A stretch of DNA of 55,926 nt, taken from assembly GCA_944377825.1 (NCBI GenBank), contig CALWGA010000010.1:1-55926 (forward strand). The letters run 5' to 3'. Within the stretch, counting starts at the first letter, position 1, and each line of letters starts with the position of its first letter. Source of the DNA: an uncultured Clostridia bacterium (GTDB lineage Bacteria; Bacillota; Clostridia; Christensenellales; UBA1242). Below the pieces are notes generated by a model. That model worked only from the letters and a program-made list of their open reading frames with translations, did not search any database and was not told the DNA's origin. Of this stretch, positions 31,041 to 39,244 are shown in pieces. The translations under genes were made by a program, and so were the position numbers.

Positions 31041-31157
31041 CAAAAATCTTTGATTTTTGAGTGAAGAGTGAAGAAAAATTTTCGATTTTTAAGTGAAGGA
31101 ACGCCCATTGGCATTCAAGTGAAGAGTAGTGGATTTATATATTAATAAGGGAATAAT

Positions 31158-31532
31158 ATGGAGAAAATTGACATGCTGTCACCGCTTGCGCTTGCCTTTA
31201 TCGGCGATGCGGTGCACACAAAATTTGTGCGAGAATATGTGCTTTTAAATAGCGAAAATTCTAAAATAAGTAACTATCACAATTTAGCGAAAAAGTTTTG
31301 CAACGCGTCTTGCCAAAAGGAAGTGCTAGAGAAAATCACACCGCTTTTAACCGAAGAAGAAAAAGTTATTGTAAGGCGAGCAAGAAACGCAAAATCGAAG
31401 CACAAAGCCAAGAACTATGATGAAGAAGAATACAAAAAAGCCACCGCCTTTGAAGCGCTAATTGGCTACCTATATTTAAGTAAGCAAAACGAAAGATTGA
31501 ATGAAATTTTGAATTTTTCAGTGGAAGAATAA
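31158..31532 (+). CDS. mrnC: Mini-ribonuclease 3
   Basis: LALAFIGDAV, RRARNAK and ATAFEALIGYLYL. Located upstream of rlmB as in Bacillus. Confidence 0.9.
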   Translation: MEKIDMLSPLALAFIGDAVHTKFVREYVLLNSENSKISNYHNLAKKFCNASCQKEVLEKITPLLTEEEKVIVRRARNAKSKHKAKNYDEEEYKKATAFEALIGYLYLSKQNERLNEILNFSVEE

Positions 31533-31682
31533 TAAGTGCAATCCCCTTAATTATCAAAAAATGTTTTAATTTTAAAAATATTTTTTCAACACAAATTTTC
31601 TGGCGAAAAAACATATAAAAATTAAAAAAAATAACTAAAATTAGCGAAAAATGCGAAAAAATCGAAAAATAAAGGAGAAAAA

Positions 31683-32411
31683 ATGTTAATTGAAGGAAGA
31701 AATCAAGTTGTTGAAGCGATAAAAAATGGCAAAACGATAAACCAACTGTATGTCGATTTGAACTATGCGCATCGCAAGGATGAGGTCATCTCGCTTGCAA
31801 AACAATTTAAAATCAAAGTGGAGTTTATGCCGAAAAAGGCACTTGATGGCATATCAAAAACGGCACATCATCAAGGCTATATTGCCGAAACGGTCGACTT
31901 TGAATACTGCGAAGTGAGTGATATTCTCGCGAAGGCAAAAGCTAAAAATGAAGATGCCTTTGTGGTGCTACTAGATGGCATAGAGGACCCACACAACCTT
32001 GGCGCAATCATCCGCTCGTGCGAGTGTGCTGGCGTGCATGGAATAATTCTTCCTAAAATGCGCTCATGCCAAGTGAACGAAACAGTGGTGCGAACAAGTG
32101 CTGGCGCAATTTCTAATATGCTTATCGCGCGAGTCACCAACCTGAAAGACGCCATGGAAGAGTTAAAGGAAAACGGACTTTGGATATACGGCGCGGAAGT
32201 CGGCGGAGACGACATCTATTCCACAAATCTCACAGGACCTATCGGCATCGTCATCGGTTCAGAAGGCAAAGGCACAAGAGAAAGCGTGAAATCTCACTGC
32301 GACAAAATCATCTCGCTTCCGCTCTTCGGTTCGGTCAATTCACTTAATGCAAGTGTCAGTGCTGGAATTGTTGTCTATGAGGTTGTTAGACAAAGATTAA
32401 AAAGAAAATAA
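31683..32411 (+). CDS. rlmB: SpoU/TrmH-family 23S rRNA 2'-O-methyltransferase (RlmB-like)
   Basis: LDGIEDPHNLGAIIRS, IGSEGKGTRE and SLNASVSAGIVVYE. Confidence 0.85.
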   Translation: MLIEGRNQVVEAIKNGKTINQLYVDLNYAHRKDEVISLAKQFKIKVEFMPKKALDGISKTAHHQGYIAETVDFEYCEVSDILAKAKAKNEDAFVVLLDGIEDPHNLGAIIRSCECAGVHGIILPKMRSCQVNETVVRTSAGAISNMLIARVTNLKDAMEELKENGLWIYGAEVGGDDIYSTNLTGPIGIVIGSEGKGTRESVKSHCDKIISLPLFGSVNSLNASVSAGIVVYEVVRQRLKRK

Positions 32412-32412
32412 A

Positions 32413-33165
32413 ATGGAAAAATTAATAAAAAATAGCAAAAAATCATTAAAAAATCAAAAAAATAGGAATTTTTTAATAAAATTTCTATTTTTCTTAACAA
32501 ATACATTTTTCCTAACGATTTTAAATGCATATTTTGTGGAAACGATATTGTAAATTTTTGCGAAAAACCATATTGTGAAAACTGCGAAAAAATCTTACCT
32601 TTTATCTCCAAAAATAGATGTCTAATCTGCTCAAACGAGATAAACAATGATGCGATAATTTGTGATTTTTGTCAAAAACATCCGCCACGCTTTAAAAAAC
32701 TTTTTTCACCTTTCCGCTATGACAGGGATTATCAAAAAAAGTATATTAAACTATAAATATAATAATTCAAAATACCTAGCCAAAGGTTACGCCATTATTT
32801 TGTCTAAACTTCTACGCAACCTCGACATCGACCTTATCACATTTGTGCCGATGAGCAAAAACGAAAAGCGATGTTTCAATCACTCAAAACAACTTGCCGA
32901 GGAACTTTCAAAAATATTAAAAACTCCATGCATAGAACTACTTAAAAAGGTAAAGGACACAAAAGCACAAAAATCGCTTGCCTTTAAAGAAAGAAGAGAA
33001 AATGTGAAAAATGCTTTCGCCTTAATTAAAAGCGTTAAAAATAAAAAGGTTCTTATAGTTGATGACATCGCCTCCACCTGCTCCACGCTTGACGCCTGCG
33101 CAGAGAAATTGAAAAGTTGCGTTGTGTATGCCGTGGTTATCGCAAGAAACATGATTAAATCTTAA
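32413..33165 (+). pseudogene. second ComF-family paralog disrupted by two frameshifts
   Basis: The N-terminus MEKLIKNSKKSLKNQKNRNFLIKF is in frame 1. The zinc-finger part FPNDFKCIFCG...CENC...CLIC...CDFCQ...FSPFRYD is in frame 0. The PRTase part GIIKKSILNYKY...VLIVDDIASTCSTLDAC is back in frame 1. The composite is colinear with the intact ComFC at 15958-16719. Confidence 0.7.
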
Positions 33166-33290
33166 TATTTTTCAAATTAATACGGATGTGTTTTTCAAGT
33201 TAATATGGGTGCATTTTTCCAAAATCAATAAAATAGAAAATCATTATGCATAAAATTTTTATAAGCGAAAGATAAAATTTGGAAAAACGC

Positions 33291-33319
33291 TTGACAATTT
33301 TGGTTTTACATATTATAAT
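33291..33319 (+). promoter_or_regulatory. consensus sigma-70 promoter for tRNA-Glu
   Basis: TTGACA (33291-33296), 17 nt, TATAAT (33314-33319). Confidence 0.7.
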
Positions 33320-33363
33320 ATCATCTGTCGAAAGTGCATTCTATTATATTTGATTAAATTTTT

Positions 33364-33438
33364 GGTCTCGTGGTCAAGCGGTTAAGACACCGCCCTTTCA
33401 CGGCGGTATCAGGGGTTCGAGTCCCCTCGAGATCACCA
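33364..33438 (+). tRNA. tRNA-Glu (anticodon UUC), encoded CCA
   Basis: Acceptor GGTCTCG pairs with CGAGATC. Anticodon stem-loop CCGCC-CTTTCAC-GGCGG, T-arm AGGGG-TTCGAGT-CCCCT, ending ACCA. Confidence 0.93.
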
Positions 33439-33466
33439 AAAAAACTGCACTCTTACTCGTTTTCGA

Positions 33467-33506
33467 AACAAGTTCGAAAAGCATCGTCTTTTCGCTTGTT
33501 TTTTTT
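33467..33506 (+). terminator. rho-independent terminator after tRNA-Glu
   Basis: AACAAG(TT)CGAAAAG-CATCGT-CTTTTCGCTTGTT followed by TTTTTT. Confidence 0.65.
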
Positions 33507-33707
33507 GTTTTCACGACCAAACGCAACTCGCACTGTGTTGGCGAGTTGGTCGTGACTTATTTGGATATGTTTTATAGCACTAGTTATAGTTATGGGACTC
33601 GAACGGGCGAAGTCACGGAGCCAGTGGCTCGATGAAGTGACAAGCCCCGGCGTGATAGGTTTGCGAAATTATGCTTATTTCTTAAAATTTGTTAAAGCAA
33701 ACCGGAG

Positions 33708-33728
33708 CGAGTCCCCTCGAGATCACCA
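33708..33728 (+). repeat. direct repeat of the last 21 nt of tRNA-Glu (att-like scar)
   Basis: CGAGTCCCCTCGAGATCACCA is identical to 33418-33438. No 5' tRNA half or T-stem partner lies adjacent. Confidence 0.8.
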
Positions 33729-34088
33729 GATTATTAGGACAGACACCAACTCCGCTTAACGCGGACACGGAAAATTAAAAATTTTCCTAACCGCTACTCC
33801 GTTGGTTTCTCCACCTAGTCCTCTTCCCAGTAGGTGATTTTTAATTTATGCTCGCCGGGCAAAGCCCTTCCCCAAACAAAATTGAAAATTTTTTTATAAT
33901 CTAATCCACTTTAAGTAGCGACAAAATCGCCAACGAAGTGCGATTTTCGTTTGGTCGCTAAAGGAGCAAACAAACAAATGATAAGGCTTTTGACATAAGA
34001 CAAAAGACGAAATGAAGTGCCGTTTGCGACGCAAAAGTGAAGAACGAAGAGTGAAGAGTTGTGGATTAAGCAAACGCATAGCGTTTGT

Positions 34089-34571
34089 TCACCCTTCACT
34101 TTTCAAAAAGTTGGTTTTTTCGTTTAAGATGATTTTGTAACTTTGCGGTTTGGCGTTTTTGTTCCATGTGATTTTGAAATTTGTTTCGCGTGAGTCTTCG
34201 CTAAAGGTTGGATATATGTAGAAATAGGTTTGCTCTTGCCCTTCAACCTTCTCTAAAAAATCGGTGTAGGATGTGCTATTCACTTCAAGCGTGGCATCTT
34301 CCACGCTATCAACATCGTTTGGCGCGGTCACCTTTATGCCAACGCGGTAACCTTCTTCAAGTCCACTCACTTCGTTGGCACTATAAAATTGGATATACTC
34401 GCCTTCTCCGCCGAAATACACGTGCCTATCGTGGCTGTCATAGACAAAACTTAAATCCCCGCCTGTGTTTGCCTCGTCACGCGTGATAATGGCAGAAGAA
34501 TACTCCTTTGATGAACAACCAGCACAAAGAAGGGTGACAAAAACCAAAATGATAACTAAAAATCTTTTCAT
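34089..34571 (-). CDS. putative lipoprotein
   Basis: MKRFLVIILVFVTLLCAGCSS: a signal peptide with a lipobox-like L-C-A-G-C. Confidence 0.7.
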   Translation of the reverse strand: MKRFLVIILVFVTLLCAGCSSKEYSSAIITRDEANTGGDLSFVYDSHDRHVYFGGEGEYIQFYSANEVSGLEEGYRVGIKVTAPNDVDSVEDATLEVNSTSYTDFLEKVEGQEQTYFYIYPTFSEDSRETNFKITWNKNAKPQSYKIILNEKTNFLKSEG

Positions 34572-35040
34572 AATTTTAGTTTGTGTTTTATTGATAAAAA
34601 TATTATAGAAAATTATTTAATAAAAAGTGAAAACTTTAATAACAAAAGAAAAAATTGAAAATTGAGAAAAAAATATAGAAAAATACGCAAAAAATGCAAA
34701 AAAAATTGAAAAATGCTGTTTTTTATATAAATTTTGGTTGAATGTGAAAATTTTTTATATTTTTTAAGGTTTATGTTTGCAAAATTATTTATATAAACTG
34801 ACTAAATTTTTAATGTGAAAAATACCTTTCTTTTATATCTTATATGCGCAAAAATCAATTTACCTATATAAATACTACCTTAAATTTTATATACTCATAA
34901 TTACCACCCGACAGCATATTCATGCCATCTAATTGTTCGTACCATCGATATCTTCTATGCATATACTCGCAACCTTAATTATTTACTCTATATAAATTTC
35001 GCAAAATTTTTGAGTAAACCACTTAATTTTTATTTTAAAG

Positions 35041-35069
35041 TTGAAAAATGTGTGAAAATATGGTAAAAT
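35041..35069 (+). promoter_or_regulatory. promoter abutting the sigH start codon
   Basis: TTGAAA (35041-35046), 17 nt, TAAAAT (35064-35069, TG-extended), 6 nt, ATG 35076. No Shine-Dalgarno sequence. Confidence 0.55.
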
Positions 35070-35075
35070 ATCAAC

Positions 35076-35666
35076 ATGATTGATGATGAGACGCTATTAC
35101 AAAAAGCAAATATGGGCGATGAAAATGCCGAAAATACGCTTTTAGAGAGATACAAAAGCCTTGTGGTTAAAATCGCGCGAGGTTACTTTATCCTTGGCGG
35201 AGAGATGGAAGATATTGTGCAGGAAGGCATGATTGGTCTTTACAAAGCAATCAAAGGTTACAACAAGTCGAAAAACACCACCTTTAAGACCTTTGCCACC
35301 ATGTGCATAAAACACCAAATTCAGTCCGCAATTAAAAAGGCAAACACGAAGAAAAACTCGCCACTTACAAATTCGGTTTCGCTTCAAAGTTTTTCAGAAA
35401 ATTCGGATGATGACGACTTTCTCCCTGTCAACCTTATCTTCCAGGTGTCGCCTGATGAGAAGATAATCAACAAAGAGAGATACAAAAGACTTCTCGAAGA
35501 GATAAGAAAGATGTTGTCGGAAAAAGAGATGCAGGTTTTGAGGCTTTACCTAAAAGGATATACATACAAAGAGATTGGCGAAATTTTGAAGATGCCATAT
35601 AAAAGCATCGACAACAGCCTGAGCAGAATTAAGGCGAAATTGAAGGAAAAAATTAAATCAAATTGA
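35076..35666 (+). CDS. sigH: RNA polymerase sigma factor, SigH-like (sigma-70 family)
   Basis: Region 2 DIVQEGMIGLYKAIKGYNKSKNTTFKTFATMCIKHQIQSAIK closely resembles Bacillus SigH. Region 4 HTH is YKEIGEILKMPYKSIDNSLSRIK. Confidence 0.8.
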   Translation: MIDDETLLQKANMGDENAENTLLERYKSLVVKIARGYFILGGEMEDIVQEGMIGLYKAIKGYNKSKNTTFKTFATMCIKHQIQSAIKKANTKKNSPLTNSVSLQSFSENSDDDDFLPVNLIFQVSPDEKIINKERYKRLLEEIRKMLSEKEMQVLRLYLKGYTYKEIGEILKMPYKSIDNSLSRIKAKLKEKIKSN

Positions 35667-35733
35667 TGTGCTAATTGCAATTTACTTGACTTTAGAAGAG
35701 CGAGAAGATAAAATGAAAAACATTGGAGAAAAT

Positions 35734-37428
35734 ATGAGTTTAAAAGATATTGACATTGATAAAATTGTGCCTGAAAACGAACTTGAAGAAGAGATTATCG
35801 CCGACATTAAGGCTGGCAAAACTAAGGAAGTCATCACTCGCTGTCCACCAGAGCCAAGCGGTTATTGGTATATTGGGCATGTTAAGGCATGGACCATCAA
35901 CTTTGAAACGGCGCAAAAATTTGGCGGAAAAACCTACCTAAGAATGGATGACTCCAACCCTACCAAAGAGGACGGCGAATTTGCCGACAGTTACATGGCT
36001 GACCTTGAATGGCTCGGCTTTAAGCCAGAAAAATTGGTCTACGCCAGCGAATCATATTTTGATGACATCTACAAAATCGCCGAAAAGATGATTAAAAATG
36101 GCGACGCGTATGTTTGTGATTTGTCCGCAGAAGAAGTGTCGAAAACACGCGGAACACTGACCGAGCCTGGAACCAGTAGCCCATATCGTAACCGCACACC
36201 AGAAGAGAATTTGGAACTTTTTAGAGGTATGCGCGACGGAAAATATCCAGACGGCTCACGAACACTCCGCGCAAAAATCGACATGTCGCACCCTAACATC
36301 AACATGCGTGACCCTGTTATGTATAAAATTGCCAGACAACATCACTACCGCGTTGGCGACAAGTGGTGCATTTGGCCACAATACGATTTTGTTCATCCTA
36401 TGGAGGATTGTTTGGAAGGCACAACCTACAGCCTGTGCGACAAAGGTTTTCAAGACCATCGAATTGTCTATGAATGGTTTGTTGAACATGGCTGGGGTAA
36501 AAAATACGCACCAAAGCAACGCGAATTTAGTCGTCTTGTGATTGAAAACATATTGTCGGGAAAACGATATCTAAAACAACTTGTAAATAACGGCGTGGTC
36601 AGTGGCTGGGATGACCCTAGATTTCCTACCCTTGTCGGCATACGAAGAAGAGGCTATACTGCAAAGGCTGTAAAAGACTTTGTAAAGTCTGTCGGCTGGG
36701 GAAGCACGATTGAAGTTACCGTGCCACTCTCCGCACTTGAACACTACGTGCGCGAAGACTTGAACAGGATTGCCACACGCGCCATGGTGGTTCTCGACCC
36801 GCTTAAAGTGGTTATCACAAACTACGATAAGGACTTTGAAGAGATTGAGATTGAAAACAATCCTAACGACGAAAACGCTGGCACGCACAAGGCACTTTTC
36901 AGCAATGAAATTTACATTGAAATGGAAGATTTCAGCCTTAATCCGCCACCAAAATACAACCGACTTGTTGAAGGCGGAATTGTGAGACTTAAAGGCGCGT
37001 ATATCATCAAGTGCAACAAAGTTATCTTTAAGGAAAATGGCGAGATTGACCACCTCGAGTGCGAGTATATACCGAACACCAAGAGCGGTCAGGACAATTC
37101 TGGAATAAAGTGCAAAGGCACTATCCACTTTGTTTCACTTAAAAACTGCTTTAAAGTGACAATTAGAGAATTTAAGAACCTTATAAAAAGCGAATATAAA
37201 AGCCCTGCAAAGGCACTCGCTGATGGCGTGGAGATAAGCGAACTTCTAGAGCCTAACTCGCTTGTCGAAAAAACCGCCTACGCCGAAAACTTCTTGAAAT
37301 CGGCGAAAGTGGAAGATAAATTCCAATTTATGCGTAAGGGCTACTACTGCGTTGATAAGGACAGCACCCCGGACAATCTTATCTTCAACTCCACAATCTC
37401 GCTTAAAGACTCATTTAAGGTGAAATAG
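35734..37428 (+). CDS. glnS: glutaminyl-tRNA synthetase
   Basis: RCPPEPSGYWYIGHVKA...LRMDDSNPTKED matches the GlnRS signature RFPPEPNGYLHIGH...RFDDTNP. A C-terminal anticodon-binding beta-barrel region is present. Start chosen at ATG 35734 behind GGAGA; ATG 35713 and GTG 35668 are alternatives. Confidence 0.9.
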   Translation: MSLKDIDIDKIVPENELEEEIIADIKAGKTKEVITRCPPEPSGYWYIGHVKAWTINFETAQKFGGKTYLRMDDSNPTKEDGEFADSYMADLEWLGFKPEKLVYASESYFDDIYKIAEKMIKNGDAYVCDLSAEEVSKTRGTLTEPGTSSPYRNRTPEENLELFRGMRDGKYPDGSRTLRAKIDMSHPNINMRDPVMYKIARQHHYRVGDKWCIWPQYDFVHPMEDCLEGTTYSLCDKGFQDHRIVYEWFVEHGWGKKYAPKQREFSRLVIENILSGKRYLKQLVNNGVVSGWDDPRFPTLVGIRRRGYTAKAVKDFVKSVGWGSTIEVTVPLSALEHYVREDLNRIATRAMVVLDPLKVVITNYDKDFEEIEIENNPNDENAGTHKALFSNEIYIEMEDFSLNPPPKYNRLVEGGIVRLKGAYIIKCNKVIFKENGEIDHLECEYIPNTKSGQDNSGIKCKGTIHFVSLKNCFKVTIREFKNLIKSEYKSPAKALADGVEISELLEPNSLVEKTAYAENFLKSAKVEDKFQFMRKGYYCVDKDSTPDNLIFNSTISLKDSFKVK

Positions 37429-37590
37429 TTATTATATAATTTAAAAATGGATAAAAATTTGCGAAAATATTAAAAACACTTAAAATTCCATAAAAATAGC
37501 GAAAAATTCGTAAAAATAAGGAAATGAAATCGAGTTTTTCGAAAATATCACACTTTAATTTTTAGAAAGAATAAAATTGCTAAAAATACT

Positions 37591-37618
37591 TTGCAATTTT
37601 ATTCTTTTTGTTTATAAT
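37591..37618 (+). promoter_or_regulatory. promoter abutting the start codon of the membrane protein
   Basis: TTGCAA (37591-37596), 16 nt, TATAAT (37613-37618), 6 nt, ATG 37625. Confidence 0.45.
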
Positions 37619-37624
37619 AAAAAT

Positions 37625-38407
37625 ATGTTATTGGCGTCGGTTATCATCTTGTTTGTGGCAAGCGCAATACTTATCATCATCTCTTCTTTCACCAAAAAGA
37701 GAGGTTTTTATTATGTCCTTTTCTCGTCGCTGACGATTGTTGCCCTTGCTGTGACCATGATACTGAGTGCGAACTACAACAACAACTTCTTCGGTTTTTC
37801 TATTATCTCCATGATTTCACTTGCTCCGCTGTTTCTCACTCTCTTCGATTTTAAATCTAAAATAAGCGAAAGCGATGTGGAATATCAAAAACGCCTACGT
37901 GATAGTGACTTAACTTATATTGCGCAAACTGAAAAACAAGAAGAGCAAATTGGCAAAAAAACTAGGAAAGTGAAAAATAAGAAAAATCTCACTCTTCTTC
38001 GGTTTTACGAAAGTGATGGTAGGCTCTTTGAGAGTTTAGCACTCTTTCTATCTTCTTTCTTTATCGCATTTGCCGGGCTATATCTTGGCAAACTCTCTCC
38101 GTTCGGCATGCTTGCGGGTTTACCTATGGGAATTATCGGGTTATCTATAACCTACCTAAAAGACAAAAAGGCAAACGTGTTTGACGTCATCTCCAACACC
38201 CTTTCCTATGTCGGCGTCGGCATGCTTTTAGGGCAAATTGTCTCCGTTGCAATTTACTCGCTTAACGCCGCGTCCATCCTTTATATGGTTGCCTGCCTTG
38301 CCCTTGCCTCCTATATGCTCGCCTGCATCTACACAAAGGAAAGGCGAATTAATGTGGTGCTATACTGCGTCTATCTCTTCCTATCCATTGCGATAATTTT
38401 GTATTAG
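37625..38407 (+). CDS. hypothetical polytopic membrane protein
   Basis: At least 6 hydrophobic segments with a central charged loop (KISESDVEYQKRLRD...KKTRKVKNKK). Start taken at ATG 37625 rather than the track's TTG 37577. Confidence 0.65.
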   Translation: MLLASVIILFVASAILIIISSFTKKRGFYYVLFSSLTIVALAVTMILSANYNNNFFGFSIISMISLAPLFLTLFDFKSKISESDVEYQKRLRDSDLTYIAQTEKQEEQIGKKTRKVKNKKNLTLLRFYESDGRLFESLALFLSSFFIAFAGLYLGKLSPFGMLAGLPMGIIGLSITYLKDKKANVFDVISNTLSYVGVGMLLGQIVSVAIYSLNAASILYMVACLALASYMLACIYTKERRINVVLYCVYLFLSIAIILY

Positions 38408-38467
38408 GCAAAATTAATTAAAAATAGTACTGAAAAGTTATTTTTGAAAAACTAAGGAGTTTTCAAC

Positions 38468-38869
38468 ATGAAAAAATCAACAACGCTAAAGAATCTATTT
38501 GTATTAGTAATATTGACATTCTCTTTATTTAGCATATTTTTTGTGACTGGATGCAATTCAGAAAACACCATTCTTACAAGAGACGCAACAAATAACGATA
38601 TTGATTTTGATTTGTCAAATGAGTTCTCGCTGAATATTGAATACGCAATAACTCCGAGAGTAGATATAAATAATTTGGAAATTACTTTTAAATATTATGA
38701 TAAAAATAATAACTTGCTTACTACAAAAATTAAAAATATTGGCAATGTTAAAGAAGATATTGAATATTCGGTAATAGTGAGTTTAACAGAATTTTCATTT
38801 TTAGATATCTTTAAGTTACACTCTGTTAGTGCAAGGGTGACAGGTGGAACTGTCTCATATTTTGCTTAA
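38468..38869 (+). CDS. putative lipoprotein
   Basis: AAGGAG Shine-Dalgarno. Signal peptide with lipobox: LTFSLFSIFFVTGCNS. Confidence 0.7.
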   Translation: MKKSTTLKNLFVLVILTFSLFSIFFVTGCNSENTILTRDATNNDIDFDLSNEFSLNIEYAITPRVDINNLEITFKYYDKNNNLLTTKIKNIGNVKEDIEYSVIVSLTEFSFLDIFKLHSVSARVTGGTVSYFA

Positions 38870-38941
38870 AAGAAATTTGTTTAACTATATAAAACTAAAT
38901 TATAACCAAAATATTATTAAAGATTAAATTATAATTTAAAA

Positions 38942-38977
38942 AGCGTAAAAAAGTATATTTACGCTTTCATTTTTTTA
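38942..38977 (+). terminator. rho-independent terminator after the lipoprotein gene
   Basis: AGCGTAAA-AAAGTATA-TTTACGCT followed by a T-rich run. Confidence 0.55.
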
Positions 38978-39026
38978 TTTAACTTTTTTTGTTCCGATAT
39001 ATCCCGAAGGTCGTTTATATCACAAT

Positions 39027-39054
39027 AAAAAAGTTAGGTCGCAAAACCTAACTT
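39027..39054 (-). terminator. terminator-like hairpin downstream of the degenerate tRNA copy
   Basis: On the minus strand: AAGTTAGGT-TTTGCG-ACCTAACTT followed by TTTTTT. Confidence 0.5.
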
Positions 39055-39059
39055 TACCT

Positions 39060-39112
39060 TGGTTACGAGGGCTCTGTTGAACCAACGACCGTGTTCGTAG
39101 GTTATATCTGCT
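39060..39112 (-). pseudogene. degenerate 3' fragment of tRNA-fMet
   Basis: The reverse complement reads ...GGTCGTTGGTTCAACAGAGCCCTCGTAACCA, versus GGTCGTTGGTTCAAATCCAACCCTCGCAACCA in the intact gene. The T-arm is broken and there is no 5' half. Confidence 0.6.
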
Positions 39113-39213
39113 ATTTACTCTTTTTGTTTTTAACAATATTTTTCTGTTTCAATCTTTCTAAAACTTAACTCTTTTTGTTTCGATATATCCCGAAGGTCTT
39201 GCCATATTGCAAC

Positions 39214-39237
39214 AAAAAACTAGGACTTAAGCCCTAG
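39214..39237 (-). terminator. rho-independent terminator after tRNA-fMet
   Basis: On the minus strand: CTAGGGC-TTAA-GTCCTAG followed by TTTTTT. Confidence 0.6.
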
Positions 39238-39244
39238 CCTCCTC

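Noticed and set aside
33540-33890. Considered whether the GC-rich structured spacer after tRNA-Glu is tmRNA, RNase P RNA, SRP/4.5S RNA, or a split or intron-containing tRNA.
   Set aside because: None of the diagnostic motifs is present on either strand.
- There is no GGGG...GGATTCGAC 5' end and no intact T-arm plus acceptor for tmRNA.
- There is no GAGGAAAGTCC or ACAGAA P4 elements for RNase P.
- There is no GGAA-tetraloop domain IV for SRP.
- No 5' acceptor strand pairs with the repeated CGAGATC.
The region is kept only as an unclassified candidate in the findings.
34575-34760. Repetitive GAAAAAT/GCAAAAAAT words that at first glance resemble a short-period repeat array, such as a CRISPR or tandem repeat.
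   Set aside because: There is no conserved repeat unit of 20 nt or more with unique spacers. This is low-complexity phased A-tract DNA, which is reported separately.
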